Shown here piece after piece: positions 1 to 8,064 of a DNA stretch of 32,000 nt. This stretch comes from Schaalia odontolytica. Its GTDB lineage: Bacteria; Actinomycetota; Actinomycetes; Actinomycetales; Actinomycetaceae. Position 1 is the stretch's first letter. Every line of letters begins with the position of its first letter. The stretch is taken from positions 150,001 to 182,000 of the forward strand of contig NZ_CP040006.1 in assembly GCF_005696695.1 (NCBI RefSeq). Reading direction: 5' to 3'. Both the position numbers and the translations under genes were made by a program. The notes beneath the pieces were generated by a model that had not been told where the DNA came from, did no database searches, and saw nothing but the letters and a program-made list of their open reading frames with translations.

Positions 1-11
1 CGCCGACAAGT

Positions 12-34
12 CCCGGCCGCGAGGCCGGGGCTTT
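12..34 (+). terminator. Small GC hairpin with a short T-run at the window edge; possible terminator of an upstream gene
   Basis: cccggcc (12-18), loop gcga, ggccggg (23-29), then gcTTTcg. The stem is only 7 bp and there are only three T residues. Confidence 0.3.
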
Positions 35-277
35 CGCGTATCTGGGCGGGAACGGGGCCGGGGCGCACCCCTCGGTGGATATGGGGAAATGAGCGGCCAA
101 CTGGCCGTGAGGATTTGCCGCCCACGGCCGCATACATACGCCGCCAGCGACTGCGTGCCCTCGCCAAGCCGGCCGCGTCGATCATCCCACATGGGACACG
201 CGTGCGAGGCAACCCCGCCCGGGCCTCGGGGGTGAGACACTAGAGATTCAGCATCCCGCCTAGCAGGAAGGATCACC

Positions 278-694
278 ATGGGCATCGTCGTCTACTTCTC
301 GTCGGCGACGGGCAACACCCGCCGTTTTGTCGAAAAGCTCGGCCTCCCGGCGGCGCGAATCCCGTTGCTTCCCAAGGATGAACCCCTGCGCGTGACCGAG
401 GAGTACGTGCTCGTCGTGCCCACCTACGGCGGCGGAAATCTCAAGGGAGCGGTGCCCAAACAGGTCATCAAGTTCCTCAATGACCCCGACAATCGGGCCC
501 TGTGTAGGGGCGTCATCTCGTCGGGAAACACTAACTTCGGCAAGGCCTACTGCATCGCGGGCGACATTATCGCGGCCAAGCTGGGGGTCCCCCACATGTA
601 TAAGTTCGAGCTCCTCGGTACGCCCGAGGACGTCTCCAGAGTTCGCGAAGGACTGGAACAGTTTTGGCAGAAAACTACACCGACACAGGCGTAG
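278..694 (+). CDS. nrdI: NrdI, flavodoxin-like class Ib ribonucleotide reductase assembly protein
   Basis: 138-aa ORF. The N-terminus [21 protein letters not shown] is typical of NrdI. A good SD (aggaagga) lies 6 nt upstream of the ATG. The gene sits immediately upstream of, and overlaps, nrdE. Confidence 0.9.
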   Translation: MGIVVYFSSATGNTRRFVEKLGLPAARIPLLPKDEPLRVTEEYVLVVPTYGGGNLKGAVPKQVIKFLNDPDNRALCRGVISSGNTNFGKAYCIAGDIIAAKLGVPHMYKFELLGTPEDVSRVREGLEQFWQKTTPTQA

Positions 695-2820
695 AGGAAG
701 CTCCCTCCCCGGAGCTGGACTACCACGCGCTGAACGCGCAGCTTAACCTGTACGACGCGAACGGACACATTCAGTTCGACGCGGACCGTGCGGCGGCTCG
801 CCAGTACTTCCTCCAGCACGTCAACCAGAACACGGTGTTCTTCCACGACCTGGAAGAGAAGCTGAAGTACCTGGTAGACGAGGGCTACTACGAGAAGCAC
901 GTCCTGGACCAGTACGACTTCGCGGACATCAAGGAGCTGTACAAGCAGGCCTACGCCCACAAGTTCCGCTTCCCGACGTTCCTGGGCGCGTTCAAGTACT
1001 ACACGTCGTACACGCTCAAGACTTTCGACGGTAAGCGCTACCTGGAGCGCTTCGAGGATCGTGTCGCCATGGTGTCGCTGTACCTGGCGCGCGGCGACAT
1101 CGAGCTTGCTCGTAGCTTCGTGGACGAGATCATGACGGGCCGCTTCCAGCCTGCCACCCCGACCTTCCTCAACGCCGGTAAGGCGGCGCGCGGCGAGCTG
1201 GTCTCCTGCTTCCTGCTGCGCATCGAGGACAATATGGAGTCGATCGCGCGAGGCATCAACTCGGCCCTGCAGCTGTCCAAGCGCGGTGGCGGCGTCGCCC
1301 TGCAGCTGACGAACCTGCGTGAGTCGGGTGCCCCCATTAAGAAGATTCAGAACCAGTCCAGCGGCGTCGTGCCCGTCATGAAGCTGCTCGAGGACTCCTT
1401 CTCCTACGCGAACCAGCTGGGTGCGCGTCAGGGCGCGGGCGCTGTGTACCTGCACGCGCACCACCCGGACATCATGCAGTTCCTGGACACCAAGCGTGAG
1501 AACGCGGACGAGAAGATCCGCATCAAGACGCTGTCCCTGGGCGTCGTCATCCCGGACATCACGTTCGAGCTGGCCCGCAAGAACGAGGACATGTACCTGT
1601 TCAGCCCCTACGACGTGGAGCGCGTGTACGGCGTGCCCTTCTCCGAGATTTCGGTGACGGAGAAGTACCACGAGATGGTGGACGACGGCCGTATCCACAA
1701 GCGCAAGATCAACGCTCGTCGCTTCTTCCAGACGATCGCGGAGATCCAGTTCGAGTCCGGCTACCCCTACATCGTCTTCGAGGACACGGTGAACAAGGCG
1801 AACCCGATCAAGGGTCGCATCACCATGTCGAACCTGTGCTCGGAGATCCTCCAGGTGTCCGAGGCTTCGACCTACAACGACGACCTGTCCTACGCCCACG
1901 TCGGCAAGGACATCTCCTGCAACCTGGGCTCGCTCAACATTGCGAAGACCATGGATTCCCCGGACTTCTCCAAGACGATTGAGATGGCGATCCGCGGCCT
2001 GACGGCCGTCTCGGACCTGTCGGACATCGGCTCGGTCCCGTCGATCGCCCGCGGCAACGCGATGAGCCACGCGATCGGCCTGGGTCAGATGAACCTGCAC
2101 GGTTACCTGGCGCGCGAGCACGTGCACTACGGGTCCGAGGAGGCCCTGGACTTCACGAACATGTACTTCATGACGGTCCTGTTCGAGGCCATTAAGGCCT
2201 CGTGCAAGATCGCGCGTGAGCGCGGCGAGACCTTCGAGGGCTTCGAGGAGTCGAAGTACGCGTCGGGCGAGTTCTTCCGCAAGTACATTGACGAGGAGTG
2301 GGCCCCCACCACGGACAAGTGCCGTGAGCTGCTCGCCGCCTCGTCGATCAAGGTCCCGACCCAGGCGGACTGGGAGGCCCTGGCGGCCGACGTCGCCACG
2401 TACGGCATGTACAACCAGAACCTGCAGGCCGTGCCTCCGACGGGTTCCATCTCGTACATCAACAACTCGACGTCGTCGATTCACCCGATCGTGTCCCGCG
2501 TGGAGATCCGCAAGGAAGGCAAGATCGGCCGCGTCTACTACCCGGCGCCCTACATGTCGAACGAGAACCTGGAGTACTACCAGGACGCGTACGAGATCGG
2601 CCCGGAGAAGATCATTGACACCTACGCGGTGGCCACCCAGCACGTGGATCAGGGCCTGTCGCTCACGCTGTTCTACCCGGATACGGTGACGACGCGTGAC
2701 CTGAACAAGTCCTACATCTACGCGTGGAAGAAGGGCATTAAGACCCTGTACTACATGCGCCTGCGCCAGATGGCCCTGGAGGGCACGGAGGTCGAGGGCT
2801 GCGTGTCCTGCATGCTGTGA
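664..2820 (+). CDS. nrdE: Ribonucleoside-diphosphate reductase class Ib alpha subunit NrdE
   Basis: 718-aa ORF with motifs [40 protein letters not shown] (catalytic Cys/Glu) and a C-terminal CVSCML redox pair. The only in-frame start before the conserved N-terminus is TTG at 664, which overlaps nrdI by 31 nt. Confidence 0.93.
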   Translation: MAENYTDTGVEEAPSPELDYHALNAQLNLYDANGHIQFDADRAAARQYFLQHVNQNTVFFHDLEEKLKYLVDEGYYEKHVLDQYDFADIKELYKQAYAHKFRFPTFLGAFKYYTSYTLKTFDGKRYLERFEDRVAMVSLYLARGDIELARSFVDEIMTGRFQPATPTFLNAGKAARGELVSCFLLRIEDNMESIARGINSALQLSKRGGGVALQLTNLRESGAPIKKIQNQSSGVVPVMKLLEDSFSYANQLGARQGAGAVYLHAHHPDIMQFLDTKRENADEKIRIKTLSLGVVIPDITFELARKNEDMYLFSPYDVERVYGVPFSEISVTEKYHEMVDDGRIHKRKINARRFFQTIAEIQFESGYPYIVFEDTVNKANPIKGRITMSNLCSEILQVSEASTYNDDLSYAHVGKDISCNLGSLNIAKTMDSPDFSKTIEMAIRGLTAVSDLSDIGSVPSIARGNAMSHAIGLGQMNLHGYLAREHVHYGSEEALDFTNMYFMTVLFEAIKASCKIARERGETFEGFEESKYASGEFFRKYIDEEWAPTTDKCRELLAASSIKVPTQADWEALAADVATYGMYNQNLQAVPPTGSISYINNSTSSIHPIVSRVEIRKEGKIGRVYYPAPYMSNENLEYYQDAYEIGPEKIIDTYAVATQHVDQGLSLTLFYPDTVTTRDLNKSYIYAWKKGIKTLYYMRLRQMALEGTEVEGCVSCML

Positions 2821-2842
2821 CGTGACGCCCGTTTGTCGGGTG

Positions 2843-2880
2843 GTGCGGGGGTCGGGAAACCGGCCCCCGCACCCTTTTAT
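2843..2880 (+). terminator. Intrinsic terminator after nrdE
   Basis: gtgcggggg (2843-2851) pairs with cccccgcac (2864-2872), followed by ccTTTTat. Confidence 0.7.
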
Positions 2881-2978
2881 GTGGGACGAGGCCGGGGCGG
2901 GCCGGGAGCACCGGCGTGAGGTTGGGGCGGGCTGCGTCGGGTTGTGGTGAGTGGTGAGAAGGGACAATGAGGCGGAAC

Positions 2979-3007
2979 TTCCGTGTTGCAGAGGTTGCTC
3001 GTATGAT
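2979..3007 (+). promoter_or_regulatory. Candidate promoter for the paralog array: -10 TATGAT with a weak -35 ttccgt
   Basis: TATGAT at 3002-3007 fits the actinobacterial TANNNT form. A 17-nt spacer separates it from ttccgt at 2979-2984. This is a pattern match only. Confidence 0.25.
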
Positions 3008-3046
3008 GTGGGAGGATAAGATCCCACAATCTGACCGGAGCTATTG

Positions 3047-3553
3047 ATGAGCGACCCCTCCAATCCCTACGGCTCGGGCGGTGCGACCCCCTACGGCAGC
3101 CAGCCAGCGTACGGCGCCCAGGCCTCGTACGGTGCCCAGCCTGCCTATGGACAGGCCCCCGTCGTGCAGCAGCCTGCATACGGTACCCAACCCGCATACG
3201 GTGCCCAGGCCTCGTACGGCGCGGGCGCTTCCTACGGGCAGCCGATGTACGGCCAGGTCGTGTACGCCCTGAACCCCGCCGTCGAGCGCGTGCGTTCAAA
3301 CGCGTCCATGGTGCGCATCATGTCTTTCGTTAGCTTTGTGACGGTCGGGCCGCTCCTGTCGTTCGGTGCGTGGTTCTGGAGCATGAACCTCCTCAGCGAG
3401 GCCGAGAGCCTGGGTGCCCCCGAGGACGTGCTGAGGGACGTGCGCGGTGCCCGAACGACGGCTCTCATCTGCGGAATTGTCGGCATCGTGCTGTTCGGTC
3501 TTCTGATCGCCGCGCTCTTCCTCTCTGTCTGGCTCGTGGAATCTGCGAAGTGA
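3047..3553 (+). CDS. Paralog 1 of a small membrane-protein family (168 aa): Y/G/Q/P/A-rich N-terminus plus a two-helix C-terminal module
   Basis: ATG at 3047 is preceded by ggag 6 nt upstream. The protein starts MSDPSNPYG. It has (Q/A)(P/A)(A/S)YG repeats, then ALNPAVERVRSNASMVRIMSFVSF...LGAPEDVLRDV...ICGIVGIVLFGLLIAALFL, with two hydrophobic helices. It is homologous to the next three ORFs. Confidence 0.75.
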   Translation: MSDPSNPYGSGGATPYGSQPAYGAQASYGAQPAYGQAPVVQQPAYGTQPAYGAQASYGAGASYGQPMYGQVVYALNPAVERVRSNASMVRIMSFVSFVTVGPLLSFGAWFWSMNLLSEAESLGAPEDVLRDVRGARTTALICGIVGIVLFGLLIAALFLSVWLVESAK

Positions 3554-3565
3554 TTGGTTGTTGAC

Positions 3566-4276
3566 ATGAGTGACGAACAGATGCCCTCGCGGGCAATTCC
3601 GGCCGGCTGGGACTGGCCTCAGCAAAGCGACGGGCCGGTCGCGCCCCAGGTGGGAGCTCCCGCCTCGTCGTGGTCGAACGCTCCCGCCCAACCGCAGGCC
3701 CCTGCCCCCGCGCAGTTTGCGCCCCCGGTGGGTGCGCCCGTGAACGTCGCGCCCGTCGCGCAGCAGTCGCCCTACGCTCCCGGACACAGCGGGGTCGCGG
3801 CCGCCAGTGTGGCCCCGGCGTACGGCACCCCTGCTGCGTATCCCCAGCAGGGTGCACCCGCCCAGCCGATGCCGTCCTACGGCCAGCCGAGCGCCTATCA
3901 GGCGCAGCCTGCGCCCGTCGCCCAGCCGATGCAGCAGGCCGCCACCCCGCAGTACGGCGTGAATCCGCAGGCCGCGTACGCGAGCCAGCCGGTGCAGCCG
4001 TCCACGGATCAGCTCCGGCAGCTGGCCTTCTCCCGCCTCAAGTCCAACGCCACCGTCGCCATCGTCATGTCCTTCGTGTGGTTCTTCACGACGCCGGTCA
4101 TTCTGCTGCTCGCCAACGCGGTTCGGGCGCAGCGCCTGTGTACCCACGCCCGGGAGATCGACGCTCCGTCCGACGTGACACGGAAGGTGAACACTGCGCG
4201 CGGCATTGCGTTCGGCATGCTCCTCCTGCAGGTGAGTCTGATTATCTTGCTGATTGTCTCGGAGAACATGCGTTAG
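3566..4276 (+). CDS. Paralog 2 (236 aa): longer P/A/Q-rich N-terminus with the same C-terminal two-helix module
   Basis: Starts MSDEQMPS, 12 nt after the paralog 1 stop. The C-terminus RLKSNATVAIVMSFVWFF...IDAPSDVTRKVNTARGIAFGMLLLQVSLIILLIV aligns with the other paralogs. Confidence 0.7.
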   Translation: MSDEQMPSRAIPAGWDWPQQSDGPVAPQVGAPASSWSNAPAQPQAPAPAQFAPPVGAPVNVAPVAQQSPYAPGHSGVAAASVAPAYGTPAAYPQQGAPAQPMPSYGQPSAYQAQPAPVAQPMQQAATPQYGVNPQAAYASQPVQPSTDQLRQLAFSRLKSNATVAIVMSFVWFFTTPVILLLANAVRAQRLCTHAREIDAPSDVTRKVNTARGIAFGMLLLQVSLIILLIVSENMR

Positions 4277-4395
4277 CGATCTAGTGGCGGCCGTTGTGTT
4301 CGTAGTAACTAAAGGTCGTTTTGTTTATTTTTGTACTCTCGCGTCGGCTACGATGACAGCCGTATCCGATCGACACAAGCCATTTGGAGTCACTC

Positions 4396-4827
4396 ATGAG
4401 CGATCCCGTGAACGCCTACCCCGCCGCCGGCCAGGACCAGCCCCAGCAGGCCTACGGCCAGCAGCAGGCTTACGGTCAGCAGCAGGCTTACGGTCAGGCG
4501 CAGCCGGCGTACGGTCAGCCCGTCTACGCCCTCAACCCTGAGATTGAGAGGATCCGTTCGAACGCGTCGACGGCCCGCATGCTCTCCTTCGTGAGTTTCC
4601 TGTTCGGCCACCTCCTGCTTGCCGGTGGCATGTGGATCTGGGCCAACAAGCTGGTCGAGGACGCCAAGATCCTGGGCGCCCCGATGGACGTGATGGCCGA
4701 TGTGGAGAATGCTCGCTCGGCTGCGAAGATCTGCTCGATCATCCAGATCGCGCTCATCGCTGCGGGTTTCTTGTTCTTCATCATCTTGATGGTGATCGTC
4801 GGCGCGACTGCGGCCGCCAACAGCTGA
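4396..4827 (+). CDS. Paralog 3 (143 aa)
   Basis: ATG at 4396 has ggag upstream. The protein starts MSDPVNAYP and carries QQAYGQ x3. The C-terminus ALNPEIERIRSNASTARMLSFVSF...LGAPMDVMADVENARSAAKICSIIQIALIAAGFLFFIIL follows. An AT-rich intergenic region (4277-4395) lies upstream. Confidence 0.75.
   Translation: MSDPVNAYPAAGQDQPQQAYGQQQAYGQQQAYGQAQPAYGQPVYALNPEIERIRSNASTARMLSFVSFLFGHLLLAGGMWIWANKLVEDAKILGAPMDVMADVENARSAAKICSIIQIALIAAGFLFFIILMVIVGATAAANS
4445..4498 (+). repeat. In-frame 18-bp tandem repeat x3 inside paralog 3, encoding QQAYGQ
   Basis: cagcaggcctacggccag, cagcaggcttacggtcag, cagcaggcttacggtcag. Confidence 0.9.
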
Positions 4828-4842
4828 CGTATCGTTACGTGT

Positions 4843-4877
4843 GGGGCCCGAGGAAACGGCGAGTTTCCTCGGGCCCC
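4843..4877 (+). terminator. Perfect 15-bp stem hairpin after paralog 3
   Basis: ggggcccgaggaaac (4843-4857), loop ggcga, gtttcctcgggcccc (4863-4877). No T-run follows. Confidence 0.55.
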
Positions 4878-4950
4878 AACGCATAGTGGTTGACGACCGC
4901 TGCTACGATAGCGCCCATCGTCATCCGCACGGAACTATCTGGAGTGCACC

Positions 4951-5424
4951 ATGAGCGATCCGGCTTACCCCTACGGGGCCAATCCTGCGAGTGCGCAGGA
5001 TCCCTACTCGCAGCAGACGCCCTATGGTCCGGCTGCATCCGCGCCGTACGGCCAACCCGAGGCGGCGTACGGCCAGCAGCCTGCCTACGGCATGCCCAAT
5101 GGGACGGCGTACAGTCAGCCCGCGCCGGCCTATGCGCAGCCGTACTATGTGAGTTCAAACCTTGCGGCCGTCGCAAACCTGCGTTCCAATGCGCAGCTCG
5201 CCATGATCTTGGCTGGCGTGAGTTTCCTGACTGTCTATCTGCTTCTCTCGTTCCCCGCGATGGTGTGGTCCTTCACGCTGCGCACGAAGGCGAAGGACCT
5301 GGATGCCCCGCAGGACATCAAGTCACTGACGAATACCGCGGTGGTCGTCACGTCCATATGCGCATCACTCCAGCTGCTCGTGCCTCTTGCCTTTTTCCTC
5401 GCCTTTTTCCTCAGTGAACGATAA
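4951..5424 (+). CDS. Paralog 4 (157 aa), the most divergent member
   Basis: Starts MSDPAYPYG and has a Y/Q/P/A-rich N-terminus. The C-terminus reads NLRSNAQLAMILAGVSFLTVYLLLSF...LDAPQDIKSLTNTAVVVTSICASLQLLVPLAFFLAFFL. Confidence 0.7.
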   Translation: MSDPAYPYGANPASAQDPYSQQTPYGPAASAPYGQPEAAYGQQPAYGMPNGTAYSQPAPAYAQPYYVSSNLAAVANLRSNAQLAMILAGVSFLTVYLLLSFPAMVWSFTLRTKAKDLDAPQDIKSLTNTAVVVTSICASLQLLVPLAFFLAFFLSER

Positions 5425-5488
5425 GTCGTGTGCTGATACCACCTTGCCACCCGTGAGACTCGCGCGACAGCGTCGACTCTTCACACCC

Positions 5489-5529
5489 CGGAGCCTGTAG
5501 GAACGGTGATGCCGTTTCCGCAGGCTCCG
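5489..5529 (+). terminator. Long imperfect hairpin between paralog 4 and the ABC-class ATPase gene
   Basis: cggagcctg (5489-5497) pairs with caggctccg (5521-5529). There is an inner ggaacgg/ccgtttcc pairing. No clear T-run follows. Confidence 0.4.
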
Positions 5530-5546
5530 CCTGTATTCTTGAGGGT

Positions 5547-7313
5547 ATGACTCCCCGATACGAAGCACCCTCGCGCTCGACGTCCGGAACCGACGCAGAC
5601 CTCCTCGATCAGCTGCGATACGCGGACGGGCGCCCCTACGGCTTCTACAAGAACGCCCTGGGTGCCTGGGATTACGGGGACTTCACCCTCGCGATCGATC
5701 ACGTGCAGGCCGATCCCTACGCCCCGCCCTCGTCCCTGCGTGCCTGGTCGACACCCGAGGCCATGGGACTGCCCGAGGCCGCCCTGGCCTCGTCCGACGC
5801 GCGCCTGGCGGCCGCGGACTTCATCGCACGCTCCTTCGACGAGGCTATCCGCGCCCGCGACACCCGCGACGTGTCCATTGCCCGCGCCGGCGCCCTCATC
5901 CTCCAGCGCTCCTACGCGACCGTCCTACCCGACCGCGTCGAGGTCCGCTTCCAAGTCAAGCTCCCCGCGCGCGGACGCACGATCCTCGGCAAGAGCGCCG
6001 CTCACCTCTTCGATGTGGACGTGCCCAACATCGTCATGGACTGCTTCGACTTCGTCTCCGAGGACCCGGCCACCACCCGCAAGCGCTCCCGCCTCCTCGG
6101 CCACGTCGCCGCCTACGAGGACTACCGCGCCCTCCAGGGAATCCTCGAGGAACGCGGCTGGGTGTCCTTCGTCGCCGACGACGCCCTGTTGGCGCGCCGA
6201 TCCGGCGTGTCCGAAACACCCCTGACGGGTGACGGCGTCGTCGCTTTCAATGCCCCCGAGACCCTGCGCGCCACCGTCACCCTGCCGCACGCCGGCGAGG
6301 TGTCGGGCATGGCGATCCCCCCGGGCCTGACCCTCATCGTGGGCGGCGGCTACCACGGCAAGTCCACGCTCCTGGAGGCCATCGCCCAGGGCGTGTACGC
6401 GCACATCCCCGGCGACGGCCGCGAGCTCGTCGCCACCGACCCCACCGCCACGAAAGTGCGCGCCGCCGACGGGCGAGCCGTTACCGGCGTTGATATCTCG
6501 CCGTTCATCACCCACCTGCCCGGCGGCGCCGACACCACCTCCTTCTCCACCGAAAACGCGTCCGGCTCCACCTCGCAGGCCGCCTCCATCATCGAATCCC
6601 TCGAGCTGGGCGCCCGCACGCTCCTCATCGACGAGGACACCTCCGCGACCAACCTCCTCATCCGTGACACGCGCATGCGCGACCTCGTCGCCGCCGAGAA
6701 GGAACCCATCACGCCCCTCGTCGACCGCGTCACCTCCCTCACCGAGGCCGGGGTCTCCCTCATCATGGTCGTCGGCGGCTCCGGCGCGTTCCTCGACGCC
6801 GCCGACCGGGTCCTCATGATGGACAACTACCGCTGCCTCGACGTCACCTCCCGCGCACGCGAGGTCGTGGCCAACCTGCCGCGCCCCCGCACCGACGCCC
6901 CCACCAGCTGGGAGGCGGCACCCCGCGTGCCCGCCGCGAAGGCCCGCGTGGACCGCCCGCGCACCAAGGCCTCGGGCACTTCCGTGCTGACGATCGACCG
7001 CTCGACCGTCGACATTTCCGACGTCGCCGCAGTCGTCGACCCCGGGCAGGCCGAGGCCATCGCCTGGTGCGTGCGCGGCGTCCTCGAGGAGATGGCCGGC
7101 AAGCAGTCGATGCCCGACCTCATGGCCAAGCTCGGACGGCGCCTCGCCTCCGAGGGCCTGGACGCCGTCTGCAAGTTCGGCGCCCGCTCCTACCCGGCGT
7201 TCCTGGCGCGCCCGCGCCTCATCGATGTGGGCGCCGCCATCAACCGTTATCGCGGGCTGTCCCTGCGCGAGCCGCGCGGCGAGGCTGTTGCGAGCGAGGT
7301 TTCCGAGTCGTAG
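5547..7313 (+). CDS. Predicted ATPase of the ABC class (COG3044/ABC_ATPase-type, function unknown)
   Basis: 588-aa ORF with SD gaggg upstream. Walker A is in LIVGGGYHGKSTLLEAI, and Walker B-like LLIDEDTSATNLL is present. Length and layout are typical of the stand-alone soluble ABC-class ATPase family. The family assignment is from memory, not a search. Confidence 0.8.
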   Translation: MTPRYEAPSRSTSGTDADLLDQLRYADGRPYGFYKNALGAWDYGDFTLAIDHVQADPYAPPSSLRAWSTPEAMGLPEAALASSDARLAAADFIARSFDEAIRARDTRDVSIARAGALILQRSYATVLPDRVEVRFQVKLPARGRTILGKSAAHLFDVDVPNIVMDCFDFVSEDPATTRKRSRLLGHVAAYEDYRALQGILEERGWVSFVADDALLARRSGVSETPLTGDGVVAFNAPETLRATVTLPHAGEVSGMAIPPGLTLIVGGGYHGKSTLLEAIAQGVYAHIPGDGRELVATDPTATKVRAADGRAVTGVDISPFITHLPGGADTTSFSTENASGSTSQAASIIESLELGARTLLIDEDTSATNLLIRDTRMRDLVAAEKEPITPLVDRVTSLTEAGVSLIMVVGGSGAFLDAADRVLMMDNYRCLDVTSRAREVVANLPRPRTDAPTSWEAAPRVPAAKARVDRPRTKASGTSVLTIDRSTVDISDVAAVVDPGQAEAIAWCVRGVLEEMAGKQSMPDLMAKLGRRLASEGLDAVCKFGARSYPAFLARPRLIDVGAAINRYRGLSLREPRGEAVASEVSES

Positions 7314-7455
7314 TTGCTTGTGGCCCCACGGGTGTTCCGTGCGCCGGAGGGCCCGGCCGCCCGCGAGGCTAGGCGGCCTCACTTCGTTCGGCGCCGCGCC
7401 TCGAAGCCCGCCCGTGCCCTCCGGTCCCTCCGGCACCCTCCACACCAGTGGGGCC
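7314..7455. repeat. Repeat module M1, copy A (142 nt)
   Basis: Starts directly after the ATPase stop codon. It matches 11876-12017 with 4 mismatches counted by eye. Confidence 0.9.
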
Positions 7456-7537
7456 GGGTCGCTGTGCTAGCCCGGCCAGGCCCCGCCACCGCCCATGGGC
7501 CCGCAGTCAGGCCGTGCCGACCAGGCGGCCCGGTTGT

Positions 7538-7710
7538 CTGAAACCGGTGTCGCCTTTGCTCATGTGTGGCTGTGTGGGGTTGAAACCGTCATCGCCTTTG
7601 CGTGTGAGAAATGGGTGTTTTTGGTGCGGTTTTTGGGTGCAGTGGTGATGTCGGTTTCAAGGGGCCCTTGTTGGGGGTGAGCAGTGGTGTTGTTGGTTTC
7701 AATGTCGCCA
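7538..7710. repeat. Double-armed palindrome set 1: TTGAAACCG-type motif, 2 direct then 2 inverted copies
   Basis: Direct copies are ctgaaaccggtgtcgcctttgc (7538-7559) and ttgaaaccgtcatcgcctttgc (7580-7601). Inverted copies are gtgatgtcggtttcaa (7645-7660) and ttggtttcaatgtcgcc (7694-7709). Both pairs are centred near 7620. Confidence 0.75.
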
Positions 7711-7724
7711 TGGTGTCGCGTCTG

Positions 7725-7889
7725 GTGCGCGAAAAAGATCGCCCGGCGGTGCTGTGTCATCGCGAAAGTGCGAAAAAGTTCGCCCAACGCGCTCAAATTG
7801 GCCCAAATTCAGCGTTTTTGCGCTTGCTGGGCGAGTATTTTCGCGGAAGAGCCGCTGGAGGGGCCGTGCTGGGCAAGTTTTTTCGCGCC
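7725..7889. repeat. Double-armed palindrome set 2: GCGAAAAAG(A/T)TCGCCC motif, 2 direct then 2 inverted copies
   Basis: Direct copies are gtgcgcgaaaaagatcgccc (7725-7744) and gtgcgaaaaagttcgccc (7768-7785). Inverted copies are gggcgagtattttcgcgg (7829-7846) and gggcaagttttttcgcgcc (7871-7889). Both pairs are centred near 7807 and the arms are imperfect. Confidence 0.65.
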
Positions 7890-7943
7890 AACCGACCCTG
7901 CGTCGATCTTGGATGCGATGCGGTGCACTTCAGGCTGGCTGCG

Positions 7944-8023
7944 ATGGGGGTTTTACGCCATGCGAAGCCCTCTGACGGCGTGTCGTCGGCGTGTCGGAGG
8001 CTTGGATGGCGTCATTCCCCCCG
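7944..8023. repeat. Repeat module M3, copy A (~80 nt)
   Basis: atgggggttttacgccatgcgaagccctctgacggcgtgtcgtcggcgtgtcggaggcttggatggcgtcattccccccg matches 12394-12472 with about 6 differences. Confidence 0.85.
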
Positions 8024-8064
8024 ATTGGTGGCGGCGCGGCCGCGCTGTTTGATGTGAACCGACC

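Noticed and set aside
180-255. Possible NrdR boxes upstream of nrdI (acactagagattcagc at about 237-252; cccacatgggacacg at about 186-200)
   Set aside because: Only about 10 of 16 positions match the remembered palindromic NrdR consensus (acaCwAtATaTwGtgt). The second half-site is poor, and the spacing between the two candidates (~50 bp) does not fit the usual ~31-bp tandem arrangement.
2821-3046. Absence of nrdF downstream of nrdE, considered as a possible deletion or rearrangement
   Set aside because: In several actinobacteria, such as corynebacteria and mycobacteria, nrdF is encoded away from nrdHIE. A clean terminator follows nrdE, so this is not evidence of anything unusual.
547-3063. 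838-aa ORF on the minus strand, antisense to nrdE
   Set aside because: It is a typical high-GC antisense open frame. The translation is Arg/Val/Gly/His-rich low complexity with no recognisable motifs, while the plus-strand frame encodes an unmistakable NrdE.
7314-7541. 75-aa ORF, and its near-identical counterpart within 11756-12028, both reading LVAPRVFRAPE(G/A)PAAREARRPHFVRRRASKPARALRSLR
   Set aside because: The conservation reflects the M1 DNA repeat. The ORFs have no SD or plausible start context and an Arg/Pro/Ala-rich composition, and other frames are equally open. They are treated as non-coding repeat. A tiny conserved peptide cannot be formally excluded.
7611-8057. 148-aa and 122-aa ORFs spanning the palindrome region upstream of the exporter, and 11784-12341 in the downstream region
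   Set aside because: They run across inverted-repeat arrays and repeat modules, lack motifs and lack an RBS. Their sequence similarity to each other is explained by the DNA repeats.
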